Positions 9,024-17,691 of a stretch of 28,590 nt of DNA are shown here, in pieces. Under the pieces are notes generated by a model that searched no databases, was not told the origin of the DNA, and saw nothing but the letters and a program-made list of their open reading frames with translations. Source of the stretch: Cyanobacteria bacterium J06626_4 (GTDB lineage Bacteria > Cyanobacteriota > Cyanobacteriia > Phormidesmidales > Phormidesmidaceae); the NCBI GenBank assembly GCA_038523235.1, contig JBCBJQ010000072.1, forward strand, positions 1-28,590. Reading direction: 5' to 3'. A program made the translations under genes and the position numbers. Numbering within the stretch: the stretch's first letter is position 1; each line of letters opens with the position of its first letter.

Positions 9024-10052
9024 ATGCTGATAGAAAGACGATCTCCTCCCAGCGGGCAGCGGGAGGCCAATCACAGAGGCTGGAATAACCCATTCACGTT
9101 AGAGAGGCGATCGCCCTTGCAAATTCCCTTTGTCGGCTATGGCCCCCTCGGGTTAGCCCTTTTGCTCAGCGGCTGCACCCTCACCGCGACGGATGCCGTT
9201 CCCCCTGAGCAAACCGAACCGCCGGCAACACCGAATGAGGCCGCAGTTGCCACAGCGGCCCATGCGGAGTTAGCAAAACAGGAACTTATTTATCAGTCCT
9301 ATCCTTGGATGGATGCGGTGGTGCATACGGTGACCGTGCCCGCCAACAGCGGCTGGCAAATCGACGTGGCCGTGGCCGCCTCGCTGACGCCCTTGTCTGA
9401 GTGGGCGACGGGCCAAGGGGCGATCGCGGCGATCAATGCCGGTTTTTTTGATCCGCGCAACGGTCTGACGACGTCTTTTGTCACAGTGCAGGGCGACCTA
9501 ATGGCTGACCCGCGCCAAAATGCGAACCTGATGGAAAATCCGGCTCTCCAGTCCTACCTGCCGGCCATTCTTAATCGGTCAGAGTTTCGGATTTATGACT
9601 GTGATGGCACAGTGCAGTACGACATCACGGCTCACGCGGCCGCCGTGCCCCCAGCCTGTCAGATGACAGCGGCGGTCGGCGCAGGGCCACAGCTTCTGCC
9701 CACTCAGACGGGATATGACGAGGGCTTTTTAGCCAATAACGATGCGGGCGAAATAGTGCGGGATGCGCTGGGGAGCCAGTCTGCCAATGCTCGCTCCGCG
9801 ATCGGACTCAAGGCGAATGGCACCGTGGTGTTGGCGATTGCCAGTCAACTGCCAATGACGAATCGAGCCACAGGACTCACCCTGCCAGAGATGGCTGACT
9901 TTTTACAAACTTTAGACGTTGAGCAGGCGTTAAATCTGGATGGGGGCAGCTCTAGCGGTTTGTATTTTGAGGGTGAAACCGATTTGGGCCGCTTTGATGC
10001 GACGGGTGAGGCGATTGAGCGACCGATTAAATCAATTCTGTTGGTGCGCTGA
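9024..10052 (+). CDS. Phosphodiester glycosidase (NAGPA/DUF2233) family lipoprotein
   Basis: AAINAGFFDP, GAGPQLL, ARSAIG, ALNLDGGSSS motifs; lipobox LLLSG-C (Cys codon 9174-9176); true start may be TTG 9117 after AGAGAGG. Confidence 0.88.
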   Translation: MLIERRSPPSGQREANHRGWNNPFTLERRSPLQIPFVGYGPLGLALLLSGCTLTATDAVPPEQTEPPATPNEAAVATAAHAELAKQELIYQSYPWMDAVVHTVTVPANSGWQIDVAVAASLTPLSEWATGQGAIAAINAGFFDPRNGLTTSFVTVQGDLMADPRQNANLMENPALQSYLPAILNRSEFRIYDCDGTVQYDITAHAAAVPPACQMTAAVGAGPQLLPTQTGYDEGFLANNDAGEIVRDALGSQSANARSAIGLKANGTVVLAIASQLPMTNRATGLTLPEMADFLQTLDVEQALNLDGGSSSGLYFEGETDLGRFDATGEAIERPIKSILLVR

Positions 10053-10125
10053 AAACAGCCATTTCGGCAGGCCAGCAGCGCCGAGATCGTGGCGAAAGAT
10101 GAATAGTCTCAGCTAAGCCAGGAAA

Positions 10126-11526
10126 TTACTCCTCCCCTCGGCTCAAATGTTCGGGGAAATACTCCTTTTGCCCCACTCGACTAGCGGGCAGCATCAGCAT
10201 AATTTCAGTGTTGAAAGTAGAAATAAAGTTAAGCTCGCCACCGTGAGTTTCTACGACAATTTGACGCGCCATCAGCAGTTCTAAATCAGCATTGTTATGA
10301 ATTGGGCTTTGGGGGGCCGGTCGTTCAGAAATTTCTGGTTCATGTTCTGACCACAGGGAGCTGGTATTGCCTCTAATCCGAATAATGGCCCATGAGGTTT
10401 CTAGGGTCGTTCTAATTTGAATCTGCAGGGGGGGGCTACCTTGGGCCAGGGTGAAATTATTAACTGACTGATCGGCTGGCAGGCTACAGTGCTCATCAAA
10501 CGCGTCAATGAGGATGCCGAGAACGTTCGTAAAAGCTTGACTAAGGCGACCGGGAAAGCAGGGAATTTTGGGCAAGTCGCCATAGGTTTTGATGACTTCA
10601 ATCGCGACGCGATTATTTTGTGTTTTGAGTCGGTGTCTTAACAGCAGCAGCGCCCCATCGAGTAGTTCGTGAATATTGAATTCATATTTTTTATTCGGCT
10701 GGATGTCGTGCCGATTAAAGATCTGAATCAGCTTACTAACCGCTGAGATGCGACCACTGCTTCCTTTGATTGACTCAACCGCCGCTGGCAAGTCTCTTTT
10801 AATATAATCAAGCTCGATTTGATCGGCATGCTGCTCAAGTTCATCATCATGCAGCGCATTTTTCTCATAAAGCTCAACGTGATCTAAGAGGCTTTTGGTA
10901 TACCTTTGTACGAACTCGATATTCCCTGAAATACAGCCAATGGGATTATTGATTTCGCTGGCAATGCCGGTAACCAATTCAGCAATGGCTGAGAGCCTTT
11001 CTTTCTGCAGAAGTTCAATTTGCACCCTCTCTAATTCACTATTGAGCTTGTAGAGTTGCTGCTCGGTTTCTTGGCGTAGCGCAATCTCGTGTTTTAGCTG
11101 ATGATTTTGCTCCTGCACAGTTTGGATCAGATCGTGCGTCTTTAAATGAGCGAGCACTCGGGCTAGCACTTCCGATTCATTAAACGGTTTGGTAATGTAA
11201 TCAACTGCGCCTAGGGATAAGCCATGAACCTTTTCTTGAATATCATCTAGCACCGTCATAAAAATGATCGGGACCTCACAGGTATCTGAATTTTCTTTTA
11301 AGCGACGACAGGTTTCTAGCCCATCAATGCCTGGCATCATGATGTCTAGCAAAATCAGCGAGGGTAGCTCTTCGGCAACCTGCTGAATCGCGCTTTCGCC
11401 ATCGACAGCGACTCTGACAGCACACCCGGCTCCTTTGAGGGTTTGAGCCAGCACTGATAGATTTGCCGCATTATCATCGACGATTAAAACAAAATCAGAT
11501 GTTTGTAATTCCATCTCAAATATCAA
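10126..11526 (-). CDS. Response regulator receiver fused to a degenerate (pseudo) histidine kinase domain
   Basis: Intact REC (IVDD, LLDIMMP, FMT, YITKPF); H-box reads IASEINNP; N, G1, F and G2 boxes degenerate. Start TTG 11526 or ATG 11514. Confidence 0.88.
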   Translation of the reverse strand: MIFEMELQTSDFVLIVDDNAANLSVLAQTLKGAGCAVRVAVDGESAIQQVAEELPSLILLDIMMPGIDGLETCRRLKENSDTCEVPIIFMTVLDDIQEKVHGLSLGAVDYITKPFNESEVLARVLAHLKTHDLIQTVQEQNHQLKHEIALRQETEQQLYKLNSELERVQIELLQKERLSAIAELVTGIASEINNPIGCISGNIEFVQRYTKSLLDHVELYEKNALHDDELEQHADQIELDYIKRDLPAAVESIKGSSGRISAVSKLIQIFNRHDIQPNKKYEFNIHELLDGALLLLRHRLKTQNNRVAIEVIKTYGDLPKIPCFPGRLSQAFTNVLGILIDAFDEHCSLPADQSVNNFTLAQGSPPLQIQIRTTLETSWAIIRIRGNTSSLWSEHEPEISERPAPQSPIHNNADLELLMARQIVVETHGGELNFISTFNTEIMLMLPASRVGQKEYFPEHLSRGEE

Positions 11527-11544
11527 TATTTCCCTGGTTAATCT

Positions 11545-13152
11545 CTACATATTTTGTTTGATAAAAGCTTTGAGTTGTTTAACTTGAAATTGCTCTGACA
11601 TCAGGATTACAGTCTCAGCGAAGCGGCTATACTGCTCGTCAAGTTTACGAGCGGCTTGAATGAGAGAATCCAGATCGCCTTTCCTCGCAAAAGCCGTCAA
11701 TTCGGCTAAGACGTCGGATGGGGGGCTAATAACGGCATGACCCTCACCACTTAGATTGACGTCTTCAATCGGTGTAGCGTTTCCATACGTCCACTTTAAC
11801 TGAAGATGAATTTCGAGCAGATGGAGGAGCTCATTCGTGCGGATGGGCTCGGCCAAAAAGGCCACGGCTCCTGCGGCCAAGCTTTTGTAGCGGTCTGTTT
11901 CAAAAACACTGGCAGAGGACACAATTTTGGGAACTGCCTGCAGCTCCGGATGACACCGCAGCTGGTGTAACATTTCGAACCCGTCCATCACCGGCATCAA
12001 TAGGTCGACAATCATCAGATCAGGACGGATAGATTCAGCTTGAGCCAGACCTTCTTTGCCGTTAGTCGCTTCAATCGTTCTGAAGCCAATGGGCTGCAGG
12101 AGGTTGCTCATGACGGAGCGATTTTCCCAGCGATCGTCCACAATCAGAACGGTGCGCTCTTTGCCCTCGTAGCCAATAATCTGACTCTTTTGATGGCTCA
12201 AAGAGGGCGTCTGTATACTCATGTCCTCTACCAGTTCGACCACGAAGCTAAACTGGCTACCTGCGCCAAACTCGCTGACAATTTCGAGCTCGCTATCCAT
12301 CATCTGAATGATTTGATTACTGATGGCCAGGCCTAAGCCAGTGCCGCCCTCCTTACGACTGTGGTCACCGACTTGCTTAAACGGGAGACAGACCTTGGCG
12401 ACTTGCTCGGGGCGCATGCCCACACCCGTATCCACAATTTCAAACCGCAGCCGGTGGCGGCCCATGGTCACAGGTAGGGCGATTAACTGCACTTGAAATC
12501 TCACCTGCCCCGCATCGGTGAATTTAACGGCGTTGCCCAGTAAGTTGATCAGCACTTGCCGCAGACGTCTCTCATCGGCAATGACATGATGAGGAAGTCG
12601 CTGATCTCCGTCGTAGATGAAATCGATGCCTTTTTGGTCAGCGCGAACGCGACAGATTTCCACAACGCTTTGAAGAAAAGCAGGGAAATCAAAGCTTTCA
12701 TGGAGCAATTCCATTTTATGCGCTTCGATTTTGGAGAGATCGAGAATATCGTTGATGAGCGTCAACAAGTGATCGCCGCACTGATAGATGATGCTAAGGC
12801 CCGTTTTGCCCCGCTCGGATAATGATTCTGTACGCCCTAAAATCTGGGCGTAGCCTAAAACACCGTTCAGGGGGGTTCGCAGTTCATGGCTCATGTTGGC
12901 CAGAAATTCGCTCTTAGCTTTGTTAGCGCTATCGGCGACTTCTTTCGCTTTTTCAAGTTCGGCTTTAGCCTTTTCAGCTTCTTCAATCACCTGTTTGAGC
13001 ATAAGTTCTCGTCGCTGACTCGCGGTTTCCAGTTCCGATCTCGTCAGTTCTGAACGAGAGAGCTTTTTTTTAAGAATTCGATTTTCTCGTTTGAGGACTT
13101 CAACCTGCTGCCATAGATCGACTGAGTTCCCCTCTGCCTGCACTGATGTCAT
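11545..13152 (-). CDS. Cytoplasmic hybrid histidine kinase (coiled coil-HisKA-HATPase-REC)
   Basis: FLANMSHELRTPLN, NLLGNAVKFT, DTGVGM, PFKQ, GTGLGLAIS, then REC (IVDD, IVDLLMP); no TM segment or sensor domain. Confidence 0.93.
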   Translation of the reverse strand: MTSVQAEGNSVDLWQQVEVLKRENRILKKKLSRSELTRSELETASQRRELMLKQVIEEAEKAKAELEKAKEVADSANKAKSEFLANMSHELRTPLNGVLGYAQILGRTESLSERGKTGLSIIYQCGDHLLTLINDILDLSKIEAHKMELLHESFDFPAFLQSVVEICRVRADQKGIDFIYDGDQRLPHHVIADERRLRQVLINLLGNAVKFTDAGQVRFQVQLIALPVTMGRHRLRFEIVDTGVGMRPEQVAKVCLPFKQVGDHSRKEGGTGLGLAISNQIIQMMDSELEIVSEFGAGSQFSFVVELVEDMSIQTPSLSHQKSQIIGYEGKERTVLIVDDRWENRSVMSNLLQPIGFRTIEATNGKEGLAQAESIRPDLMIVDLLMPVMDGFEMLHQLRCHPELQAVPKIVSSASVFETDRYKSLAAGAVAFLAEPIRTNELLHLLEIHLQLKWTYGNATPIEDVNLSGEGHAVISPPSDVLAELTAFARKGDLDSLIQAARKLDEQYSRFAETVILMSEQFQVKQLKAFIKQNM

Positions 13153-13158
13153 CGGATT

Positions 13159-14316
13159 TTATTGGGTACCCATTAGAACCGCCGTGAAAGTTTCGTTGTG
13201 GAAATAAGATTTCCCCTGTTGCGATAATTGGCAGATTTCGCCATAGGCATGAAACCCCACATTAGGTAAGCCTTTCAAAACTTGTTGCGCGATCTTGTGC
13301 TCTTCCCAAGCACGCGTGCCCAGTAATTTCATCCGCGATGAGCAAGAAACGATCAAAGCGGCGGTGGGCTGATTGCCAGCGTAAATGGCGCGCGCTTTTT
13401 CGAGGGCTTCCCGAGCGGCGGCAAGGAGGTCTTCGATATTAGTCTCGGTGAATTGAATACTTGAGTGCTCAGGAATGTGGCCAAAATATTCGATGCTGCC
13501 AGAAGCTGTGTCTTGGTTATTGGGCGATCGCACATAGAACGAATCTTCGCCCGGTTCAAACACGGCGACCGCCCCGCCCCAAGAGCCACCCGCCAGCTCG
13601 AGGGATATGGCATTGCCAAAATAACGCTGGTAGAAAACTTTGACAGATTGGTCATCAACTTCATGCAGAGTATTGCCGATCGACTTAGTTACCGTGCCTT
13701 TTTGACCAATGGGATGCTGTCCGGTCGCCACGCCACAAGACACGAATAAATCGCCGGAAAAGACGAGCGTGGTGATCGCATCACTTAAGACCTGCTGGCC
13801 AAAAAATTGATAGGTCTGTTCAAATCGCCAATCATCGCCCGCTAGGCCGCCAAAGATGGGCACACCCTCGCCTAAGGCGATGCCCAGGCCTTTGACCAAG
13901 GCCACGCCGTCAACGCCCAAGCCTTCGCCGATCGCGTAGCAGAGCTTTGGTGCGGCCCCCTCCAGGTCAGGGATGGCTTGCTGAGCCGCTGCGATCGCGT
14001 CTTGCGAAACTTGGACACCTAAGCCCGCTCGCATCTCTACCTCATCGGAGCAGAACAGCATCAACGTCAAAGAGTCTTCATGAAACCCCAACTGAGACGA
14101 CATCTCGCCCACCGTTGTGCCCCCAATCAAAGCAATGTCGGGAAAGGTCTCACTAATAAAATCAAGAATGACCTGGTGCTCAAAATCAATGGCGCAGAGC
14201 AAGATGCCAGCCCTTGGCATCGCTTGTTGAAGCTGCTTACTGCACTGATTGACGGCTTCTTTGATCGCTGCCAAGGAGTCGGGATCAATGCTATGTCCGA
14301 CGGCAACTTTGAACAT
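13159..14316 (-). CDS. FIST N/C-domain signal transduction protein (NosP-like)
   Basis: LIGGTTVGEM, PIFGGLAGDD, GQHPIG, SCSSR, GFHAYGEI, FHNET motifs characteristic of FIST proteins. Confidence 0.92.
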   Translation of the reverse strand: MFKVAVGHSIDPDSLAAIKEAVNQCSKQLQQAMPRAGILLCAIDFEHQVILDFISETFPDIALIGGTTVGEMSSQLGFHEDSLTLMLFCSDEVEMRAGLGVQVSQDAIAAAQQAIPDLEGAAPKLCYAIGEGLGVDGVALVKGLGIALGEGVPIFGGLAGDDWRFEQTYQFFGQQVLSDAITTLVFSGDLFVSCGVATGQHPIGQKGTVTKSIGNTLHEVDDQSVKVFYQRYFGNAISLELAGGSWGGAVAVFEPGEDSFYVRSPNNQDTASGSIEYFGHIPEHSSIQFTETNIEDLLAAAREALEKARAIYAGNQPTAALIVSCSSRMKLLGTRAWEEHKIAQQVLKGLPNVGFHAYGEICQLSQQGKSYFHNETFTAVLMGTQ

Positions 14317-15245
14317 AACAATTTTTTTGTGCAGAACAGTTAAACGTTAGGAACAACTCATGGTGAGTGGTAGGTAGATATGCACAAGACGATACTAGCG
14401 GTTAGCTTGCATTTATTCCAGCGGTGAATTTGCTAAGCGGGATCATGACATCACTGATTGATGGCCTCAACTCACCCCACACTTAGAGAGCGCCATCTGT
14501 TGTGTTCAAAAGGGCAGCTTCGATAGGCATTAAGTAGCAACGAACAACATCAGCGATGAGCGGGCAGAGGACGCCACCCAAGCGGGATGGATTGACTAGC
14601 TCAGGCGGTCACTTCAACCGGGGCTCAGATCGGATAGAGCGTTGTAATGTCGCAGTATCCAGGCTTTCTGCATACCTCAGTGAGCGCTCAAAGGTCACGC
14701 CGTCGCGATGCATTTTTGATGACGAATGCGCCTTGACAAGGGTGTCATGGGTGGCGGCATGGCAACGCGCGATCGCGCAGCCAGCGATTGCCTAGAAAGT
14801 CAGTGATTTAATGCCGTCGAGTGACTGATATTGACGGATGTTTATCTCTACGATCTGGATGTGATCTTGCGAATCAAGATTGCGGGTGCCAGGTTCATCA
14901 CAAGTCCATAAATAGCTGCGTAATTGAGTCAATTTTCCAGAAAACATTGGGATTTTGGGTATAAAGCGGCAGGTTCATACTTCATGAACCTACCGACCGA
15001 AGAATTCCACGCAAAATGCTTTATGCCGCTTTGTTGATCGATGTTGCTCTGAAATTCTAAATACTGAATCTTTAGCGTTATATCGACTACTCAGTACCGA
15101 CAATAAAGCCGGTTAGTGGTGTTCGCATGCACACGGATCATCATCGTCAGCTAACACCTCAGTTAGCCCGGCGATCGCCCGACTTGTGTATTGATTTCGT
15201 TTGTTCGATGGCCAGAAGTGTTATTTTCCTTTAGGAGTTTTTCTC

Positions 15246-16316
15246 ATGCTTGCTAATACCGATTGGGCTGCCTGTATTCGTACAGAAATTCCCCTAACTC
15301 GTTATCCAAAGTATCAATGGAGACTAGAGCTAGACGCCAAAGGGCAGCCTCGATTTGACGGTCAGCCCACCGTTTCTCGACATTTGACCACCTATCAAGG
15401 ACCCAACCCCAAAATCTGCCCCTATGGCGATGAGGTGGCTCCCATCGCGCGCCTAGAACCCACCCAGTCATGGCAACAACCTCGGGATGCTTACACGCTT
15501 TCGGCTTTGAGATTTAACTTGAATCCGTTTAAGCTGCATCAGACCAAAAGTCGACCGAGCACTCGCCATATCGGTATTCCGACGCCCGTCAGGCATCTGC
15601 ATAAAGTCTCTGAACGACATCAGATCGATACCGATCGCGTGCTCAAGGCCCCTTCTTTGAGGGAGTTTGAAGCCGCTTTAGACAAGATGCAGCAAACCAT
15701 GCAGGCTTTTTTCATTGATGAATTGCTACCTTGTCTGACGGCGAATCCCTTAGATGTCGGGCTGCATCGTCATGAGTTGCCGCCCGAATTTGCCGACGAT
15801 CTCGAGCAGTATGTGCGCTTGCAAAACAGTCCTTATCTGTTCTTTGATTTGCTGCAATCGCTAGAGAGAGATGTAGCCCGATATCGCCGTGTAACCGCGC
15901 TGGCCGGAGCAGCCGTGACGACGGAAGAGGCGATGATTCAGGTGATGCGGAGCTGGCGTGATCTCGATGGGCATCGGCGGAAGAAGCCGATTGTGTTTCC
16001 GATTGGCGTGCCGATCGGCTATATCCAGTCGATTCGCCGCAAGGATCAACCCTTTATGACCAAGGAGTTTGGCTACCACTCCCACGGAGCACTGAACCAT
16101 TGGCTGCAAGAACATATTTGGCGACGCTTTTGCTATCGCTACCCTGATCAGCATCAACTGCATCCCTGCGGATTTTTGAAGAAGTTGGGATCAGTCCACT
16201 TTGCATTCCCGGACACCATTTACGAGTTGCACGTGGAAGAGGTGGCCAATCCCGCGAACACGCATTTTTGGGCGGTACTACAAAACTACTTCCCATTACT
16301 GTCGCCTTGGCCGTAA
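15246..16316 (+). CDS. Hypothetical protein with C-terminal HGxxxHxxQ motif
   Basis: Long ORF; AGGAG at 15233-15237 favours ATG 15246; motif FGYHSHGALNHWLQEH. Confidence 0.8.
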   Translation: MLANTDWAACIRTEIPLTRYPKYQWRLELDAKGQPRFDGQPTVSRHLTTYQGPNPKICPYGDEVAPIARLEPTQSWQQPRDAYTLSALRFNLNPFKLHQTKSRPSTRHIGIPTPVRHLHKVSERHQIDTDRVLKAPSLREFEAALDKMQQTMQAFFIDELLPCLTANPLDVGLHRHELPPEFADDLEQYVRLQNSPYLFFDLLQSLERDVARYRRVTALAGAAVTTEEAMIQVMRSWRDLDGHRRKKPIVFPIGVPIGYIQSIRRKDQPFMTKEFGYHSHGALNHWLQEHIWRRFCYRYPDQHQLHPCGFLKKLGSVHFAFPDTIYELHVEEVANPANTHFWAVLQNYFPLLSPWP

Positions 16317-16319
16317 AAA

Positions 16320-16430
16320 ACCTGAGTTTGGGATAAGGGGGCGATCATCCCGCTGAGAATGGTTCCATCCACCCCATTCGCCCCTCCCCAGAGGGGAAAG
16401 AAACAGGGGTTGGCTTAACCCGACTGGCGT
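16320..16430. repeat. Short cyanobacterial MITE-like repeat with imperfect inverted ends
   Basis: Left end ACCTGAGTTTGGGATAAG, right end CTTAACCCGACTGGCGT (revcomp ACGCCAGTCGGGTTAAG), internal hairpin CCCCTC-CCCA-GAGGGG (16381-16396). Confidence 0.5.
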
Positions 16431-16869
16431 CAAAAAACGCCAGCCTTAGCGAATTAAGTAGGGCCAAGGTGAACTGCCGCTCTGCCCCATCACTTTTAGT
16501 CATTTAGCGCTTGAGTGATGGGGGACAGCGGACAACTTTTCGTCGCCGCTATCTCATGTTTCACACTGCAGCGCCCCGGTCGTTCAGGCTGCTTGCCCAA
16601 TGAGCGATCGGGGTTCTTGCTGATCACTAAGCCCCTTTATCGATGAGCGCGATCGAGCAACCAAGCAAATCAATTCTTTTGATGCGTTGATCGGTGCGAT
16701 CGCGACGCGCACACTTTGTTTTTGGAGAACACTATTTGCCCACTGAATTCTCAAGCATCCTCTGAGCACAAGCACTTTTCTCAAGTCATTCTAGAAGTCG
16801 GCGCGTGGGCAGTACCTCAAGACTCACCGAGGCAGTTAGTGTCAGGCTTGGGATAAAAATTAGTGCCTG

Positions 16870-16902
16870 AAAAGCCGCATCCTCTAGTTATAAGGATGCG
16901 GC
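16870..16902 (-). terminator. Intrinsic terminator for 16930..17286
   Basis: GCCGCATCCT / AGGATGCGGC perfect 10-bp stem followed by TTTT on the minus strand. Confidence 0.7.
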
Positions 16903-16929
16903 ATTATCGTTAAAATCGATAGGAGTTTT

Positions 16930-17286
16930 CTAGCGCTTCACTTGGGGCGTGACGCCTTTCTCTTCTAAACAAGCCAAGTAGGCAATTTCAGTCTCGTCCA
17001 ATTTATAGCTATCGTAATCGTCCTTCATATCGAAGACCTTTTCTAGAAAGTCATTCTGCGATTCACTTAAAGCGCGTTTCAAATTTGGCTGGCTCAGCCT
17101 TTTGGGCAAACATTCAGCGACTGCGGTCAGATCGCGACCATCAGCGGCGATGTACTTTGGCGTATCGGCCAAGGTATCGCTGTAAGCAGGAGCAGCAAAT
17201 CCTAAGGTAATGCCCAGGATACTGATCAGCAGGGCAGCGATCGCCCTTTGGCCAAACGAACGGAACGATTTAGGGGCATGCAGCAT
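16930..17286 (-). CDS. Secreted hypothetical protein (118 aa)
   Basis: Basic N-terminus plus hydrophobic stretch ending AAPAYS (signal peptide); two Cys; followed by a terminator. Confidence 0.75.
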   Translation of the reverse strand: MLHAPKSFRSFGQRAIAALLISILGITLGFAAPAYSDTLADTPKYIAADGRDLTAVAECLPKRLSQPNLKRALSESQNDFLEKVFDMKDDYDSYKLDETEIAYLACLEEKGVTPQVKR

Positions 17287-17628
17287 GGTGAAGAGGTGGA
17301 GACTACTTTTTACTCTAGCGAAGATATTAAGAAATATGTTTTCCTTATTGACTCTGAAGCAACACTTTTATCTCAAAAATTGACTAGAGCAAGTAGTACC
17401 CTCACGATTCCATGCTCTCTCCAACTGATCAGCTTTCTGCTATGGCCCTGATGGTCTCTCACCAGCCTGCAGCGTAGAAGCTTCATACTCGGAAAGTCAG
17501 CCAGATAATGATTGCAGCCATTTGGGACGACCTGATCACACTGCAGCTTGCTGTAGAAGTCTGGTCATGAGCGAATCCTGTCCACAATTCTCCTCGTCGA
17601 TCCACTGCTTTTTCGCGGCATCAAATCG

Positions 17629-17663
17629 AAAAGGGTTATGAGAGCGATCGCCCTCATAACCCT
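17629..17663 (-). terminator. Intrinsic terminator of the giant RTX gene (HIP1 at apex)
   Basis: AGGGTTATGAG / CTCATAACCCT 11-bp stem around GCGATCGC, followed by T-run on the minus strand, 28 nt after the stop. Confidence 0.75.
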
Positions 17664-17691
17664 CCCTCAAACGCTGGTTATGCACCGATAC

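Noticed and set aside
9030..9116. Repeated peptide ERRSP at the N-terminus of the phosphodiester glycosidase ORF
   Set aside because: Explained by HIP1-like sequence in a region probably upstream of the true start codon.
14556..14795. 79-aa ORF in the FIST upstream region (also 1874..2176, 16584..16784, 17248..17451, 25460..25783)
   Set aside because: No recognisable motifs, weak or absent RBS, or overlap with better-supported genes.
2429..15140. Shared short words GGTGTTCGC and ACGGATCA in two intergenic regions (2429/2491 and 15118/15133)
   Set aside because: 8-9-bp matches are expected by chance in this much sequence, and the spacing differs.
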